Source: Proteromonas lacertae (lineage: Eukaryota). From it: a DNA stretch of 64,000 nucleotides. Position 1 is the stretch's first letter, and each line of letters starts with the position of its first letter. Of the stretch, positions 47,325-61,850 are shown piece after piece. Where the stretch lies: assembly GCA_002245135.1 (NCBI GenBank), contig NGBS01000322.1, positions 1-64,000 of the forward strand, written 5' to 3'. Below the pieces are notes generated by a model. It was not told the DNA's origin. It did no database searches and saw only the letters and a program-made list of their open reading frames with translations. Both the position numbers and the translations under genes were made by a program.

Positions 47325-49623
47325 ATGTTTAAAACAAGAACAAAGAAATCAGCTACAAAAATAAGAGCAAGAGAAAAAAATCATGATAGCAATGATGAAG
47401 AGGAAGACCATACAATTGTTATACCAAAAACAAAGAATCCTCAAAATCATAGAATGATGATATCTACAAAAACATCAATACAAAAATCAAATACATTAAG
47501 TTTTGATGATGATGTATAATGTATAATTAAATTAATTAGATTACACCTTCAACAAATATTAAGAAAGTAGAAAAGCATGATACATATATAGAGTATGTTC
47601 GTAAAGGCACATTTACAGAAAAGAAAACAAGTTATAATTCACAGAGATCATCATCAGGAGAATATAGTGAAGAAAAATTAAAAGAATTAGCTTCACAACA
47701 GAATAAAGGAAGATTATTAGAAGAAAAACAGCCAACAGAAGTAATGGAAATTGAAAGTGATGAGGAAGAAAAAGAGAGAGTTTATACTGTTGAGAATAAG
47801 AACGATATCGAACTTACAGAAGAAGAAGCTGAAGTGATTATTGTATTTCATTTTATTTATTGATTTATTATGTAAATAGAATGAATTAGAAAGACAAGAA
47901 GAAATCAATGAAAAATTAGAAAGACATAGTAAACACACTGATTCACAAATAGAAAGAGTAAAGAGAATGAAAGAATTGAATAAAAAAAAGAATATCATAA
48001 GAACGAATGATTTATTAAAAGATAGAAAAGAAGAAATAAGAGAAAAAATAGAAAGTATAATTTATTTTTTAATTAATAATAGAATATGGAAGTGATTCAA
48101 ATAGTAATTCAAGTGGAGAAAGTGACAGTGAAAATAGCAGTGAAGATGAGTTTAAGAAATTTGAAAGAGAACAAATATTAAGAGGAACTTCACTTGTTCC
48201 AAATGCAGAAATGATTTCAAAAGAAGAAATGCAACAGGAAGTAAATCAAGCTATAAAGAGTATAGTTTTTATTATTTATATTAATTTTGTAATAGGTAAA
48301 ATAAAAGAAATATCATTAGACAAAGTAATGGAAACAATGAGATTGGATATAGAAAACTGTAAAAAGCATTTAGATGAAGATAAAAAGCGTATAACCTATT
48401 TAAATGATGAAATAATCATTAAGAATAAAGAATTGGAAATATTAAAGAATGATTTCAAGGATTTAGATATAAGGAATGAGAATATAGAAAAGTTTAATAA
48501 ATATATAAGTCAATTATCGTCTTGTTTAACAAATAGATCAATAAAAATTAATGAAATATATGAAAGTTATAAAACAATGATACTAAATTATAGTAATGTA
48601 TTGAAATATAAGAAATTCTTTGATATTTATGATAAAATTGAGGAATATGGACTTGAAAATAGAAGTGGAATTAATAATGAATATTTTACCACTTTATTGA
48701 AAGATGTTGATAATAATTTGGGAGATTTTAACATTGAAAAAGATTATTTCTCTTCTAAAGCAATAAGAGATTTTAATAGACAATTAAATACTGATTTAAA
48801 TATGAAGTATAATATTATATTAAAAGAAAAAATGGAAAACTTAAAACAAAGTCATGATATAATGTTTAGTGATACTTTAGTCGAATATTGTAATTTACAG
48901 AAAATAATAAAAAGATTTAAAGACTTTTCAATACATTGTAGTGAAGATTATAAGAATGTTTATGGTTCTTTAGCTTTAGCTGAATATATAATGCCTTTAT
49001 TGACTAACGAAATGATATTTATAGATCCATGTAATCTATTTATGTTAAATCAATTTAATTTCAATATTTATCATGAAATTCCATTAGAAGAGATAACAGG
49101 TATATTAATTAAAGAATATATAAATGATGAAAATGAAAGAAAATTAATAATTCAATCAATATGTGAGAAATTATATATTCCTTATTTGAAATATCTTTTA
49201 CAGAATAATGTTATAGAGTTGTTGAACGTAAGTAAGAATAAAGGTATTTTGTTTAATATAAAATCAATATTGAGTAGTTTTGATGATAGTTCTATGAATG
49301 TTGTAATTGAGTTTAAGAATGTGTTGTTGGAATCTATAATTAGTAATGTGAATGATATTATTATCCCATGTGTTGAAATGAAAAATAAGAGTGATGAGAA
49401 ATTGAATGAAATTATTGATTTTATAAAGATACAAATGGATTATGGATTTGATTGCTTAAAACAGATTCAATCATATTCTTTAATACTTGAAAAGAACAAA
49501 TTAGAAGAGATATTTAAGATGTTAAAAGAAAAGATTGTTAATTCACTTCAATCTCTTGTGGATGTAACTGAAAATGATGAATATAAAAGAATAAAAGAAG
49601 AAGTAAAAAGCTATAATTTATAA
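47325..49623 (+). CDS. GCFC2/PAXBP1-like (GC-rich sequence DNA-binding factor family) protein, multi-exon
   Basis: LSFDDD, EYSEEKLKEL, FEREQILRG, coiled coil, DYKNVYGSLAL. Confidence 0.6.
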
Positions 49624-49735
49624 TTCTATTTTTTATTTCCCCTATGTTATTACATATATATTTATAAGAATTAATAGACAAATCTAAATGAAATAACTAA
49701 AAATAAAAAATCTAACTAATAATTATAATTAACAT

Positions 49736-50393
49736 TCATCGACGTCTCTGTGATAATACTTCTTCTGTAACAGTAGAAAACAGATATTCAAACAGTTCAT
49801 CAACTCCTTTACCTGATTTTGCAGATGTTTCAAAAAATCTAAACAAAATTAGTTTTAAAAAATACTTAAATCCATGTTTATCTGCCCATTTTTTGCCTTC
49901 AGCTGGAGGCACAGCTACTTTAGAATCTGACTTATTACCGCAAACACAAAATAACACATTATGACCTCCAAATTTCTCACATTCCTGAATCCATTTATCT
50001 AAATTGCGAAATGTCTCTGGATTAGTAGAATCATATACTAGAATTCCCTATGATATATATTAAGTAATTCATACTCCTTGTGAATCTTTATAAAATTCGT
50101 TTCTTACTTCAAAATACTCTGGTCTTCCTGACAAATCCCAAAAATTGACTTTAACTTGATGTCCCCCAATATAAACAGGTTTTACACCATAGTCTATACC
50201 AATTGTTGTAATATATCTTTCAACAAACTAAAAATTAATATTCTCAATATACTCTTTCTTCACAATATCTCTTAATAAGACAACTTTTGCCTACTAAAGT
50301 GTCACCTAAAGAAATAATCTTGATTCGAATAAATTCAGAAGCAAATGAACCACCTCTTGGTGATCCAGTATCACGAGGAATATAAGTAGCCAT
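49736..50393 (-). CDS. RJL: RJL-family small GTPase (DNAJC27/RBJ-like GTPase without J domain), multi-exon
   Basis: RIKIISLG...VGKSCLIKRYCEERF, TIGIDYGVK, NFWDLSG.PEYFEVRNEFYKD, GNKSD, ETSAK. Confidence 0.88.
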
Positions 50394-50483
50394 TATATAC
50401 AGCTCTAAAGATGTAACTGTTTTTAATTTTTCAAAAAACAATTAAAACGACTATATTTTTTGAATTTTTTTTTCTTTTGTTTT

Positions 50484-51282
50484 ATGGACATCTGTAAGGT
50501 TGTTTTAGTTGGAAATGGTTCTGTTGGGAAATCAAGTATATTACAAAGGTATATTTAATACTTATTATTTTAGACTGAGTGATGATGGATTTCAAAAAGT
50601 ATATAAGCAAACAGTTGGAATAGATTTTATTCAGAAGAATATAGATTTAAAAGGTTCATTATATTCACTACAAATATGGGATATTGGTGGACAAGTATAC
50701 ATTATTTTGTTTGTTTCTATTGCTGTTTAGAGTATAGGAAGCAAGATGCTAACTAGATATATATTCGGTGCACATGCCATATGTTTATGTTATGATATTA
50801 CAGATGAAAGGTCTTTTTCAGATCTTTCAGATTGGAAAGCAGCAGTAGATAAAACCTTCAAAGAGTGTATGAGATCAGATGTGCCAGGTCCTCCAATTAA
50901 AGAACCAAAGTTATTCTTACTTGGCAATAAAGCTGATATGGCTGGATATAGACAAGTTACAGAACAACAACATAACAAATTTATATCAAATGAACACTTA
51001 GCAAATGGATTTTATGTATCAGCGAAGAGTGGTGAAATGATTTCAACTGTTTTTCATCAAATTGCTGCTATTGTTTTTGATATACCTATTACAAAAGAAG
51101 AATTAGAATATACTCAAAAGGTTTTGACTGCTACTATTATTTGTGATGATAATACAGGTGATTTAACTGAAGAAGAAAAGAAGATATTAGAAGAAGATGA
51201 AAGAGCTGTTCAGGAGCAACAGAAACAGATTCAAGCAGAATTAGAAAAAGAAAACAAAAAGGCATGTTGTATAATCCAATAG
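50484..51282 (+). CDS. RAB28: Rab28-like GTPase, two short introns
   Basis: GNGSVGKS, YKQTVGIDF, WDIGGQSIGSKML..YIFGAHA, GNKAD, CCIIQ CaaX end; 25-nt intron 50549-50573. Confidence 0.88.
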
Positions 51283-51430
51283 TTTAGTGTTTCATAAATA
51301 TTTATTTCATATTTTCCCAGTGATTATTCTATATTTGTTTTTGATGATGATGAAAAAACAAAAAAAGAAGAAAAAAAGCTTGAGTATTTTCTCAAACACA
51401 ATTTGTATTAAGGATTTTTCTCTATTAACG

Positions 51431-52696
51431 ATGTCTACAGGAGGAATGCTAACTTTCAATACTCACTTTGCTCATGTTGAAGCATTGGTACATGGTTTAA
51501 GAGCAGGTTTTCTGTCTGATGTTGATTATAAGCATTTAGCTCAATGCGAAACAATGGAAGGTATTGTTAAATAAAATAAATTTCATAGATATAAAAATGA
51601 ATTTACAAGAAACCGATTATTATCCATATGTTGCTGATGAAGTATATTTTGTGATTATAATTGTTATTTAAATAGCAAACATTAAACCCAGCAATTATAA
51701 AAGAGAAATCACTCAAGAAATTAGTTGAGGAATTCACTTATTTAAGATCTCAAGCCTGTGATCCACTTGATAAGTTTATGGATTATATTACTTATGAATA
51801 CATGATAGATAATGTTGTGATGCTATTAAAAGCTACATTGAACAACACCCAAATTGATGTAAATGAATTAATTGAACATTGTCATCCATTAGGTTTATTT
51901 AAAGAATCTACCATGAGAAGTATTGTTGCATTTGATAATACTGCAAAAGGATTTAGTGATTTATACCAAACAGTGTTAATTGATACTCCTGTAGGTAAAT
52001 ACTTTGCTCAGTATCTCTACGATTATACTCACAATAAGAATTCCAAACAAACAATTGAAGTAAAAGCAGTGTTTGAAGAGACAAGCTTTACAATTATTGA
52101 AAGTTATATTATGAAGTTATATCTAGAAGATTTCCATCGTTTCTGTATGGATTTAGGTGGTGAAACAGCTGAAGTGATGTCTGAGTTATTGAAAGTCAGA
52201 GCTGACCAATTATCAATAAATATGACATTAGCTTCATTTAATACACCATTAGCAAGTTCTGCAATGAGAGAAACACGTAGATCATTATATCCATCGTTTG
52301 GATTTTTATATCCAGAAGGAATATCAGTTTTAGCGAATTGTGAAGATATTGATTCATTTTCTGATGTATTGAAGCCATTTAAACAGTATAGTGATATTTG
52401 GGAAAGATCAATGGGAGTATATAAATATATATAATTATATTTATTACATATAGAATGAAGGATTATCAATCGATGATTCATTTTATTTGAAAGAAGCAAG
52501 ATTATTAGAGAATGCATTTATGGGTCAAATGCAGTATGCTGTTTTCTATGCATTTGTAAAGTTAAAAGAACAGGAAATGAGAAATTTAGTTTGGATTAGT
52601 GAATGTATCCTTCAAAGACGTAAAGATAACATTGGAAAATACATTCCAATATTTAGTCGTAGTTCACCATGGAGAAATGGACAAATTGAGTATTAA
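51431..52696 (+). CDS. ATP6V0D: V-type ATPase V0 subunit d, multi-exon
   Basis: EALVHGLRAGFL...LAQCETMED, YMIDNV, CHPLG, VKLKEQEMRNLVWISECI. Confidence 0.96.
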
Positions 52697-52797
52697 ATGT
52701 TGTTATTTTTTATTTTATTATCTGTTTTTGTAAAATGTATGTGTTATTGTATTAATAAAACATTTTTTAAAAATGATTAAATATTTACATTAAATTA

Positions 52798-54089
52798 TTA
52801 TAATTGAAATATATCATCTAAAGTCATTTTTAGATTGTTGATAGGTGTTCTTTTATTCTTTTCATTATCATCGCTATACATTTTATTAACAATTACTTCA
52901 CTAGGCAAAACCATATCAGGTTTTACTCTTTTTGGAGTGGGTTTTATTATATTTATTGAATTTGATAATCTTTTAATTGAAGAAGTTTGTATTATTTCAT
53001 TTGGTAATGCAGTCATATGTATTGGTGAATCAGGTTCTGTAGGAGGTGAGTCTGGTAATGGTGAGATAATTGGAGTTGTATTATTATTGTTTTGTTTATT
53101 ATTCATTTCTATTTCATCTTCAAAATCATTTTTAAAATCATCATCATCTGCTTTTTCTTTTTCTTTATCTTGTAGTAATTTTTGGGATTGTGATAAATCA
53201 TTTACTGGTAAAGGTGTTGTATTAATATATCTTACTTCTTTTCTTTTTCTAATTATATTCTTCTTTTTATATAATGTTGTTTCTGTTATTGGTCGAGATG
53301 AATTACGAGGTTTATATAATGTCTTTGGTCTTGTTGGTGAATTATGTAATGATGATGATGATGATGGTTTTGGTGATACACTTTTACTATAAGATCTTAG
53401 TCTTTGTTTAATCTCTGGTGTTGGTTTTGATTCAATATCTGTTGTTATTGTTTTTTTATTTTTTGGAGTTTTTGTTTTTATTTTTATTTCTGTTGGATTT
53501 GTTGATATAGGTGATATTACTTGATTTTGTGGTGGTGGTGGTGGTGATAATTTTAATTCTGTTGTTAGTTTATCTCGTGATTTAGAAATGGATTTTCTTT
53601 TTCTTTTTGATGATCTTCTTGTTTTTGTTTTATTTTCTTTTTCTGAAGGTGTTTCTGTTGGTAATTGAGGTGGAGGTGATGATGTTTCCATTTGATTGAT
53701 TTTTGTATCATCTGGTATATGTTCTGGTTCTATTGCTTGAGACATAGAGAATAACTCATCAACATTGACATTTTCTTCACTATATTTCTCAACTGCTTCT
53801 TTACATCTATTGTGATAATTATAAATATGAATGCCATACAATTTACTGCAAATATCATCAACTGTTGAATTTATTATTTCTATACCATTCTTTGTATATT
53901 TTTCATACTTGTACATTGTATTACTAGGATTCGATGGTGGATCGATCGTACCATTATTCTTTTTCTTCCATGCTTTTAAAAATCTGTTATTATTATACAA
54001 TATTCCTTATACAAATTGTGTAACTCTATATCTAGTGTATTATAAAAATCATTTTTAGATTCTTCTGATAATTCATTCAGAAAATCCAT
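52798..54089 (-). CDS. Low-complexity S/T/P/K-rich hypothetical protein with short introns
   Basis: 400-aa open frame, probable start ATG 54089. Confidence 0.55.
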
Positions 54090-54165
54090 TCAAAATAAAT
54101 AAATAGCTCGAATTACTTCAAACTTATAAATCAACTCAAAATTTCATTTATTTGTTTTGCCATTA

Positions 54166-55565
54166 ATGAAAGGTTTTTGTCTGTTCACAATTGCACTACT
54201 AATTGCCTGTGCATGTGCCGATATGGATGGTAGAGCTGGAGGCAAATCAGTTTTGGTTATCATACAAGATTCCAACATGAAGACTACTTATTCCACATTT
54301 TTCTCTGATTTAATTGGTATTTTATTTTATAATGCATTTTAATGATTTTAGACCAAGGATATGCTTTAACTTATGCAAATGCTGATGATAAAAAAGTAAG
54401 TCTAATGAAATATGGTGAATATATATACGACCATGTGATTATTCTTGCTCCAAAATCTTCATGTATAATTCTATCAAATTAATGTAATTTCTAAATAGCA
54501 CCTGCAGGATTAAATTTACAAGACATACTCAAGATAATGGATGATGGTGTCAATGTTGTAGTTGGTATAAACTCAAATGCAGCAAACTTATACCGTCAAC
54601 TCTGTCAAGAAGTTGGTATTGAATTAAGTAACAAAGAAAGTGTAGTAATAGATCATTTCAACTACTTAAAACCAGGTAATGATCACACAAAGATCCTAAC
54701 TGATGTTTATCATCACAATAATAAAATTATATTAGGAGATAAACTTAAAGGTAATGTTTTATTCCATGGAATTGGTATGAAACTGTCCAATGATAATTAC
54801 TTAACTATTCCCATCTTAAGAGCCAAAAATACTGCTTATAGTGGTAAATTAGGTGATATAGTAGAAAAAAATCCACAAGTTGCTGGTTCTAATGTCGTAT
54901 TAGTAGCTGGAGTTCAAGCTAGAAACAATGCTAGATTAACAATTTATGGATCAATTGAAATGTTATCAAATACATTCTATTCAACTCCCAAAGTAATAAA
55001 TCAACAATTTACAAAGTCATTAGTTCAATGGACATTCCATCAACAAGGTGTTTTAAGAATGAGAGATATTCAACATCATAAATCAGATGGAAGTTTACCT
55101 GAAACTCAATTACACCGACCACCCAAATCAAATTTACCTGAAACTATGTATCCTGAGCCAGAAGTTGCCCCAGATTCATTAGTTTATAGAATTAAAGATG
55201 AAATTGTTTATTCTACTATTATTGAAGAATATAAAGATGGAAAATGGGTTCCTTATAAAGCTGATGATGTTCAATTAGAATTTGTTATGTTAAATCCATA
55301 TTTAAGACACAATTTAAATCATGATGATAAAGGCAATTATTCTACTGTTTTTACAGCTCCTGATGTGTATGGTATTTATAAATTCCATTTAATGTATCGA
55401 AGACAAGGTTATACAGTATTAGAATCAGATACACAAGTATCATTACGACCTTTTAGGCATAATGAGTATGAAAGATTTATTTTAACTGCTTATCCTTATT
55501 ATGTTAGTGTATTCACAATGATGGCTGGTTTCTTTGTATTTGGATTTGTTTATTTATATAATTAA
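54166..55565 (+). CDS. DDOST: Oligosaccharyltransferase 48-kDa subunit, multi-exon
   Basis: Signal peptide, KYGEYIYDH, QARNNAR, DDVQLEFVM, PDVYGIYKF, RHNEYERFI..AYPYY, C-terminal TM. Confidence 0.96.
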
Positions 55566-55702
55566 GAGATGAATTATTAATCCAAATATTTTTTTATTAG
55601 ATATAATTGTGTTAATTTAAGGGATAAACTATATTTTTTTAAAAAATAGAAAATTAATAATAATTATAATTCTGTTTCTATCATAAATGATTAATTTACT
55701 AA

Positions 55703-56690
55703 TTACTTCCATATGTAATTCGATAACGATATAGCAGCAACTTGTAACAAACAAAACGGATATTTATAATCCATTGTAAACTTCTGTGGACAAAATTTAC
55801 CATATTGTAAGCAAACCTCATCTTTAATTGACATTACGAAATTTTTACCACTTGCTACTCTCACTCTATCATCACTAAACCTCAATACAAGACTATTAAT
55901 ATCATTATTCCATTTCGGCATTACTGTTTTGGCTATAACAGAATTGGTTGTTTTTACTGTTGTTGGAGAGATAGCTTTTCTTAGTGGAGGTTCTGGTGTA
56001 GATTCTAGTGATGCATAAGCGGATGAAGAAGATATTGGTTTTCTGAGTGGAGTTTTGGGTGAAATTGTTGTGGATATTTCTTGAACACTCTTTGTTCTCG
56101 GACACCAACAGAATCTTTGATTATTTTCAATCTTTGGCAAAGTTACTTTCATTTGTCTTGCTTCTATGGCTGCTTGTGGGATGTGATAATCGTATTGTTC
56201 TATTTCACAGAGCTTCTGACGAAAAAGTGTTGGACAACTTGAACAGGAGTATAATTGTAAGTAATCATCGCATAATTCGCATTCTTTTGTGTATAATTCG
56301 TATTTGTGGGGTTCTACTTGTGTTAGTACCGCACAATAATTTCCTGTTTTATCCATATCTTTTGGCATGTTATAATATTGAGTAAAATAGAGAGATTTAT
56401 TAATTACTGTTGCCCCTAGTAAATACTGGTGTGTTTCTTCATCGTATATTCTGAATATCAATTGACCTTCATGAGACTTCCTAACAAAACAGTAACGCCA
56501 ATTTCCGATTGGTGTAGGTGGTCTACAATATAAACCTCATTATATACTTTAATATTTCCTTAGAAAGCACATCATAACAAGCTCCATGTTCAGCAGCCTC
56601 GATCTCATCTTCAAAGGGTAATTGTAGCTCTGCATCGTATTCATTGCTTTCACAGTATGAATGATTATTTAGTACATCAAAAAACTACAA
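55703..56690 (-). CDS. Tubby C-terminal domain protein (5' end uncertain)
   Basis: PKWNN...LVLRF...RVRVASGKNF, LQYGK, FTMDYKYPF.LLQ. Confidence 0.8.
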
Positions 56691-56938
56691 AAATATAAAA
56701 GAATAAGCATACAATAAACATAAATAAAAACGATTCAAAAAAAGAACAAAACAATCATCTCATATCTTCAAATAACGATGGAAGATCAACACATTTTATC
56801 AACAGATACGAAATAGTGGTTTAACAGTTAATGCAATAAATAATCTAATTAATTTCACTTGAATCTTCACATATAAAAACAAAAACAATAATAATAAAAG
56901 AAAGAAGGAAATACAAACTATTACTACAACTGAATGTA

Positions 56939-57512
56939 TTATATATTATCGATAACATCATCATCAATTTCTGGCAAATCATCACTACTACTATCTCCAG
57001 CACCATCATCTTCTCCAGCATTATCATCAAAAGCAAATAAATCATCATGTGCACCACTCTCTTCATTTTCAGCATTTAGTTTAGCTAATAATTATAAATG
57101 AAAATCTATATACTTGTTTCTGGTATTTCTCCCATTGACATAAGTGAACGAGCTTCATCAGGGTTATATTTAAAAATAACATCTGCACGATCATCTTGAA
57201 AATCTCTTAATCCCAATAGAATAACATCTCCTACACTAATCCATACCTTCTTTCGCATTTTACCTCTAATTTTACATAATCTCTTCTTACCATCGAAACA
57301 TGTTGCTTCAATTCTTCCATTACCCAGCATTTTTGAGACTTGCGCATATTCTATTGCATAAAATTCACTGAGTAAATACCTTGACCTGCTTCTTTAATTA
57401 CTAGTTCTCTTTTAACGGCTTCTGTATCATTCTTCCCTCTTCTTCGGTTTTTTCCTCCTTTACCTATAGAAAATTAGATCAGACAATAGAAAATACCTTT
57501 ATTCTTTGGCAT
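56939..57512 (-). CDS. EIF1A: Translation initiation factor eIF1A, multi-exon
   Basis: [40 protein letters not shown], acidic tail. Confidence 0.97.
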
Positions 57513-57786
57513 TTCTTAATATGCTAACTTCTTTAAGGTTAATTAAAAAATGTCAGCAGTATTAACTAATAATTTGATACTAAATAAGCCTCTCAAGCCT
57601 CGAGTCAAAATGTTCTTTTAATTATACATTTTTCTCATCCTTACAAACACTAAATAACGAATTTTTATTTATAATTATTTATAATAATAGAATAATATAT
57701 AGAAATAACACTTTCTTCATTAAATAAACAAAATGACAAATTTCTATACAGTATATATAAATATTTATAACTTTACACTGGTATTT

Positions 57787-58696
57787 TTACCAACCATAAA
57801 TAGAGCCAAATGCAGTTCTACCACTCAAACTGATTTGAGGTGCATTTTTATATTTAGACATTAACTGCTTTCCAATAGCAGATTGATATTTAATTTCATA
57901 AATAGGACCAGTCTTTGGTGCTTTACCTCTCACTTGACCAGCTTGAGGGATTGAATAAATAGGTAAAGTATCCATCTTTGATTCAACCTGTTTACCACAA
58001 GAACCAGGAATAGGATACTCACCAGGACCTAGTTGACCAGTAGAAGATTGCCATAATGGTGGTCTCTCTCCATTGCCAATTGTATATGTATGATCATCCA
58101 AAGTGGAAGGTAGTTTATACGAGTTTGGTCCTGGTCTTCTTTCTAAATCCTTTGGTGGTCTATACTTCTTCTGGAAGGTATAAGAAGGTGGAGTTGGTTG
58201 ATTAAATGTATCATCGTAAGGGTATTCACCTGGACCTGGTCTTTTTGCTGCATCTTTGTCAATTACTTCAGTTCCAAAAACTTCTCTTCCTGCCATTGAA
58301 GCTTTGGGTGCTGATCTATGTAAAGAGTTGAAGGTTGGCCCGATTGATTGTTCTGTTGGATATTCACCTGGTCCCTATATTTGATTAAGATAATTAACAA
58401 TTATTATTGATACTGGAGTATAACTTTGTGGTGGTAACTCATATCTTGGAGCTATTCCAAATGTCTGACACTCTTGGTTTGGGTAATTTGAAAAAACTTG
58501 TTTTCCAACTGCAGAATAGATATACTAAATATTATAATCGTTTATCTATATACTGAAGGCCCTGGTCCTGTATCTCTTTTACGAGGTTCCTTCTCCGTTT
58601 TGATGGGAGACTGTTTAAATATATAAGGGGATAAAATATGTATACAAACATAGTACTTGATTTACTTATTTTCATAGTACCAGATTTGGAAGCCAT
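57787..58696 (-). CDS. STPG/ODF3 (SHIPPO, PGPGxY repeat) flagellar protein, multi-exon
   Basis: Repeated PGPGEY/PGPNSY/LGPGEY followed by P.YT/YS motifs. Confidence 0.82.
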
Positions 58697-58898
58697 TACT
58701 CAATAGACAATTCTAATTTCACAAAAAAAGTAATGTGCCGTTACGAGCCAAGCCTTTAATAAAATCGTTACGAGCCAAGCATTTTAAAATTATCGTTATT
58801 ACTCTTTTAGCTTAATTTAAGAGTATTATAATTAATTATATATCCATTCTATACATTAGTCATTTTATAATAGAAATTTGCAATTAGAGTTTAAAACT

Positions 58899-61719
58899 AT
58901 GAAGTCAAATAACCCATATGATACATCCGAACCAGAAAATAATAGTGGAAAGCCAGATCCATCTACAGCTAAACCAACAACAGTGGAAGATAACAATAGT
59001 GATTGGTCATCAAGCGATGAAGGTGAACAAGGTGATCAAACCGTAGGAATAACCGATAATCAACTCAGATTGCTTTATTTAATATCATTATACACACATG
59101 GACAAAATCCAGATGAAAAAGATAGTTGGATTCGTAAACCAGCACTTATGGTAATTATTTATGAAGCAATATTAGCACAATTATTTGAATATGAATATGG
59201 ACCAGCTTCAGAGTTAGTAGAAGGTCACAGAGTTTTTTTCAATAAATCTCAAGAAGGATTATCAGATGTTGATTTCCTTCGTGAAGAGCAATACTTGAAT
59301 GGTCTAAAAATGGCTACTAAATCATACACACCTATTACATGCTATCAAGTCTCTCCCAAAGGTTTAGAAGCAATCGCAACTCTCAAAAAAGCAGATCGTG
59401 AACCTGTTCATGAATTTGTATATGCACCAGGCACAAGGGAATTATTGTACGTAGAGTGGGAGGAAGATTCATTTTGGCTAAAGACAATCAATGGATCTTA
59501 TAAGAAGAAATCCACTGTTACAGATATTGAAGAAGTGTCATACGTATCAAGTGCTTATATTCCACAATGTTTAAGACATGGTGGTAGACCTACATTAAGT
59601 AATGCACATAGAGCACATGAATCAGGAGTAGGAAATCACCATGATACTATTCATCGTGAATTAGATGAAGTAATCACCTTAAATTCTGTTAGTATAATCG
59701 TTGCTGAATATATACCATTTGGTGCAAATCAGATTGTACAAATGAATAGTAATTTAGGTTGTACAGAGAGAGTACAAGGTGGTTATTTCACCTCTGAAGT
59801 AGATACACATACTACAGGTACAAAATTAGAAATCCAACCTGGTTTGACCAGTATCGATATATTAGATTATTCATTAACCAAACATATCAATTTTGAAGCT
59901 GATATTCACTTACCTGTTGATAAAGGAATTACACAAATAGAGACATTAGGAGTGAGTATGAATGCATCAGGTGGATTATATTATGGTATGCAAATTGAAG
60001 CAATTATTGACAGAATTAAAGATAATATTTCAATTAATCATTTATCAAGATTATTAACAGGAGTTCATATTGATAGTAGTCAGATTTTAGACACTGTATT
60101 ATCATCTTGGCAAAGGAATTTAATGGATTTAATATTCGTAGGAGATTCTTCACACAGAAATAAAGTCAATTTAATTATAGCCAATGAAATTACACCACAT
60201 TTAACAGCTGAAGAATATATGGATAAAAGTCAATATGAGAATTGCCTTAAACAAGTTATTGGTGAAACTCGAGCTGCATTTGATATATCTGAACATGATA
60301 CGTTGATATTTGGTGAAAATGGATTCATGGTAGCAGGACCGAACTCGCGACATCATGAACCATTATTATGTGCATATTTACAATTCAATGCAATGGATAT
60401 ATTCGTGAGGAATTATTTCAATAGAATGTTTTTGCTATTAGATGATATGAATAAGACAAGGACTTTATTGAATAGCAATTCAACCAGTTTAAGTTCATTA
60501 GCAACAATTAACGAACAAATGTCATCTTTATATAAACAGATTATTATGATGGAAGAGATATTAGAATATATGGAAGAATCACTCGAAGTAATGTCAGTTC
60601 CAGCAGAACCACCAGCTCAAGCCGGTCGAGCTTTATATGAAAGATTGCAAATTAGTGATATGAAAAGTGAATTAAAAGTAAGAGTGAAAGATTTACATAA
60701 AACACTAGGTGGTGCAAGACATGAATTAGACGTATTACAACAAATGGCAAATACTATACGTCAAACTAAAGGATTTGAATTACAAGATGTTGTTAATTCA
60801 AATACACGAAATCTAATGGATTTAGAAGATAATAACAATAAGATCGTATTATCTTTGAAATTTTTGATTGGTCAAATTTCAGGCTTGTTTGTGTTTGCTT
60901 TATTAGATCATTTTATTGGGCCAAGTTGGACTTCATTAAATGGATATTTAGAATCATTAGATTTCCTAATAAGTGACACTCCTGTTTGGTTTATTATTAA
61001 TATTGTTATTTTTATTTTAGTAATGTTATTGCTATTATACTTATTAAGACATTATGAAAAGTCAATTGAAGGAACAGTTACATCTAACATCCGTATTATG
61101 GAGAAGTGTGATATGAATAAATTGAAGGAATATATCGCCAGTAAAGATACGAGAGATATAATCAGAGATTATGAAGGAAATGGAGGTACAGTAAGAGCAA
61201 GATGGTATGAGAATAATAAAGCCAATTGGGGAGGAACTAAACCACAAATTACATTGGAATATGATGAAACTAATGAGTTCTTAAGTCGGGCAAGTATTAC
61301 TTTTAGTTCACATCAAGCCAATAAGAAGAGTAAATTTACAGCTCAAGAGATTAAAGATAAATTGTTTGAAGAATTGGAGAATAAAGGTATTTGGAAAGAC
61401 AAGAATAAATCTACAGATAATAAAGATAATAAAGAAGAATCAGCTGCTGTTGCTGGAGGTAAAGATGATACTGGAAAAGCTGCTGCTGTTGTTGCTGGCA
61501 GTGGTAGTGGTGATAATAATAAACCAAAAGATGAGAAGAAAGATGGAAATAATAATGCAACTACACCAGGTAATGCAGATTCTAAACCAGCTCCAGAATT
61601 AGAAAAGAAACCATCAACAAGTGCAAAAGTTGCTCCAGAACCTGAGAATAAAGAAGATGGAGGAGAGAAGAAGAATGAAGAAGAGAAGAATAATGAGAAT
61701 AATAATGTTACTCCAGTAG

Positions 61720-61754
<35 letters not shown>

Positions 61755-61757
61755 TAA
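58899..61757 (+). CDS. Large intronless conserved-looking protein with helical stalk and two C-terminal TM helices
   Basis: 952-aa ORF from ATG 58899; hydrophobic segments FLIGQISGLFVFALL and VWFIINIVIFILVMLLLLYLL; poly-N tail. Confidence 0.75.
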
Positions 61758-61850
61758 TTTCATTTATTTTATCTTGTTGTTTAATGAAATTTATTTTCAC
61801 TCAAATACAAAACTCTATATTAAAATCACAATATAAAACTACTTTTAAAT

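Noticed and set aside
61721..61754. (AAT)n microsatellite
   Set aside because: Ordinary coding poly-Asn tract
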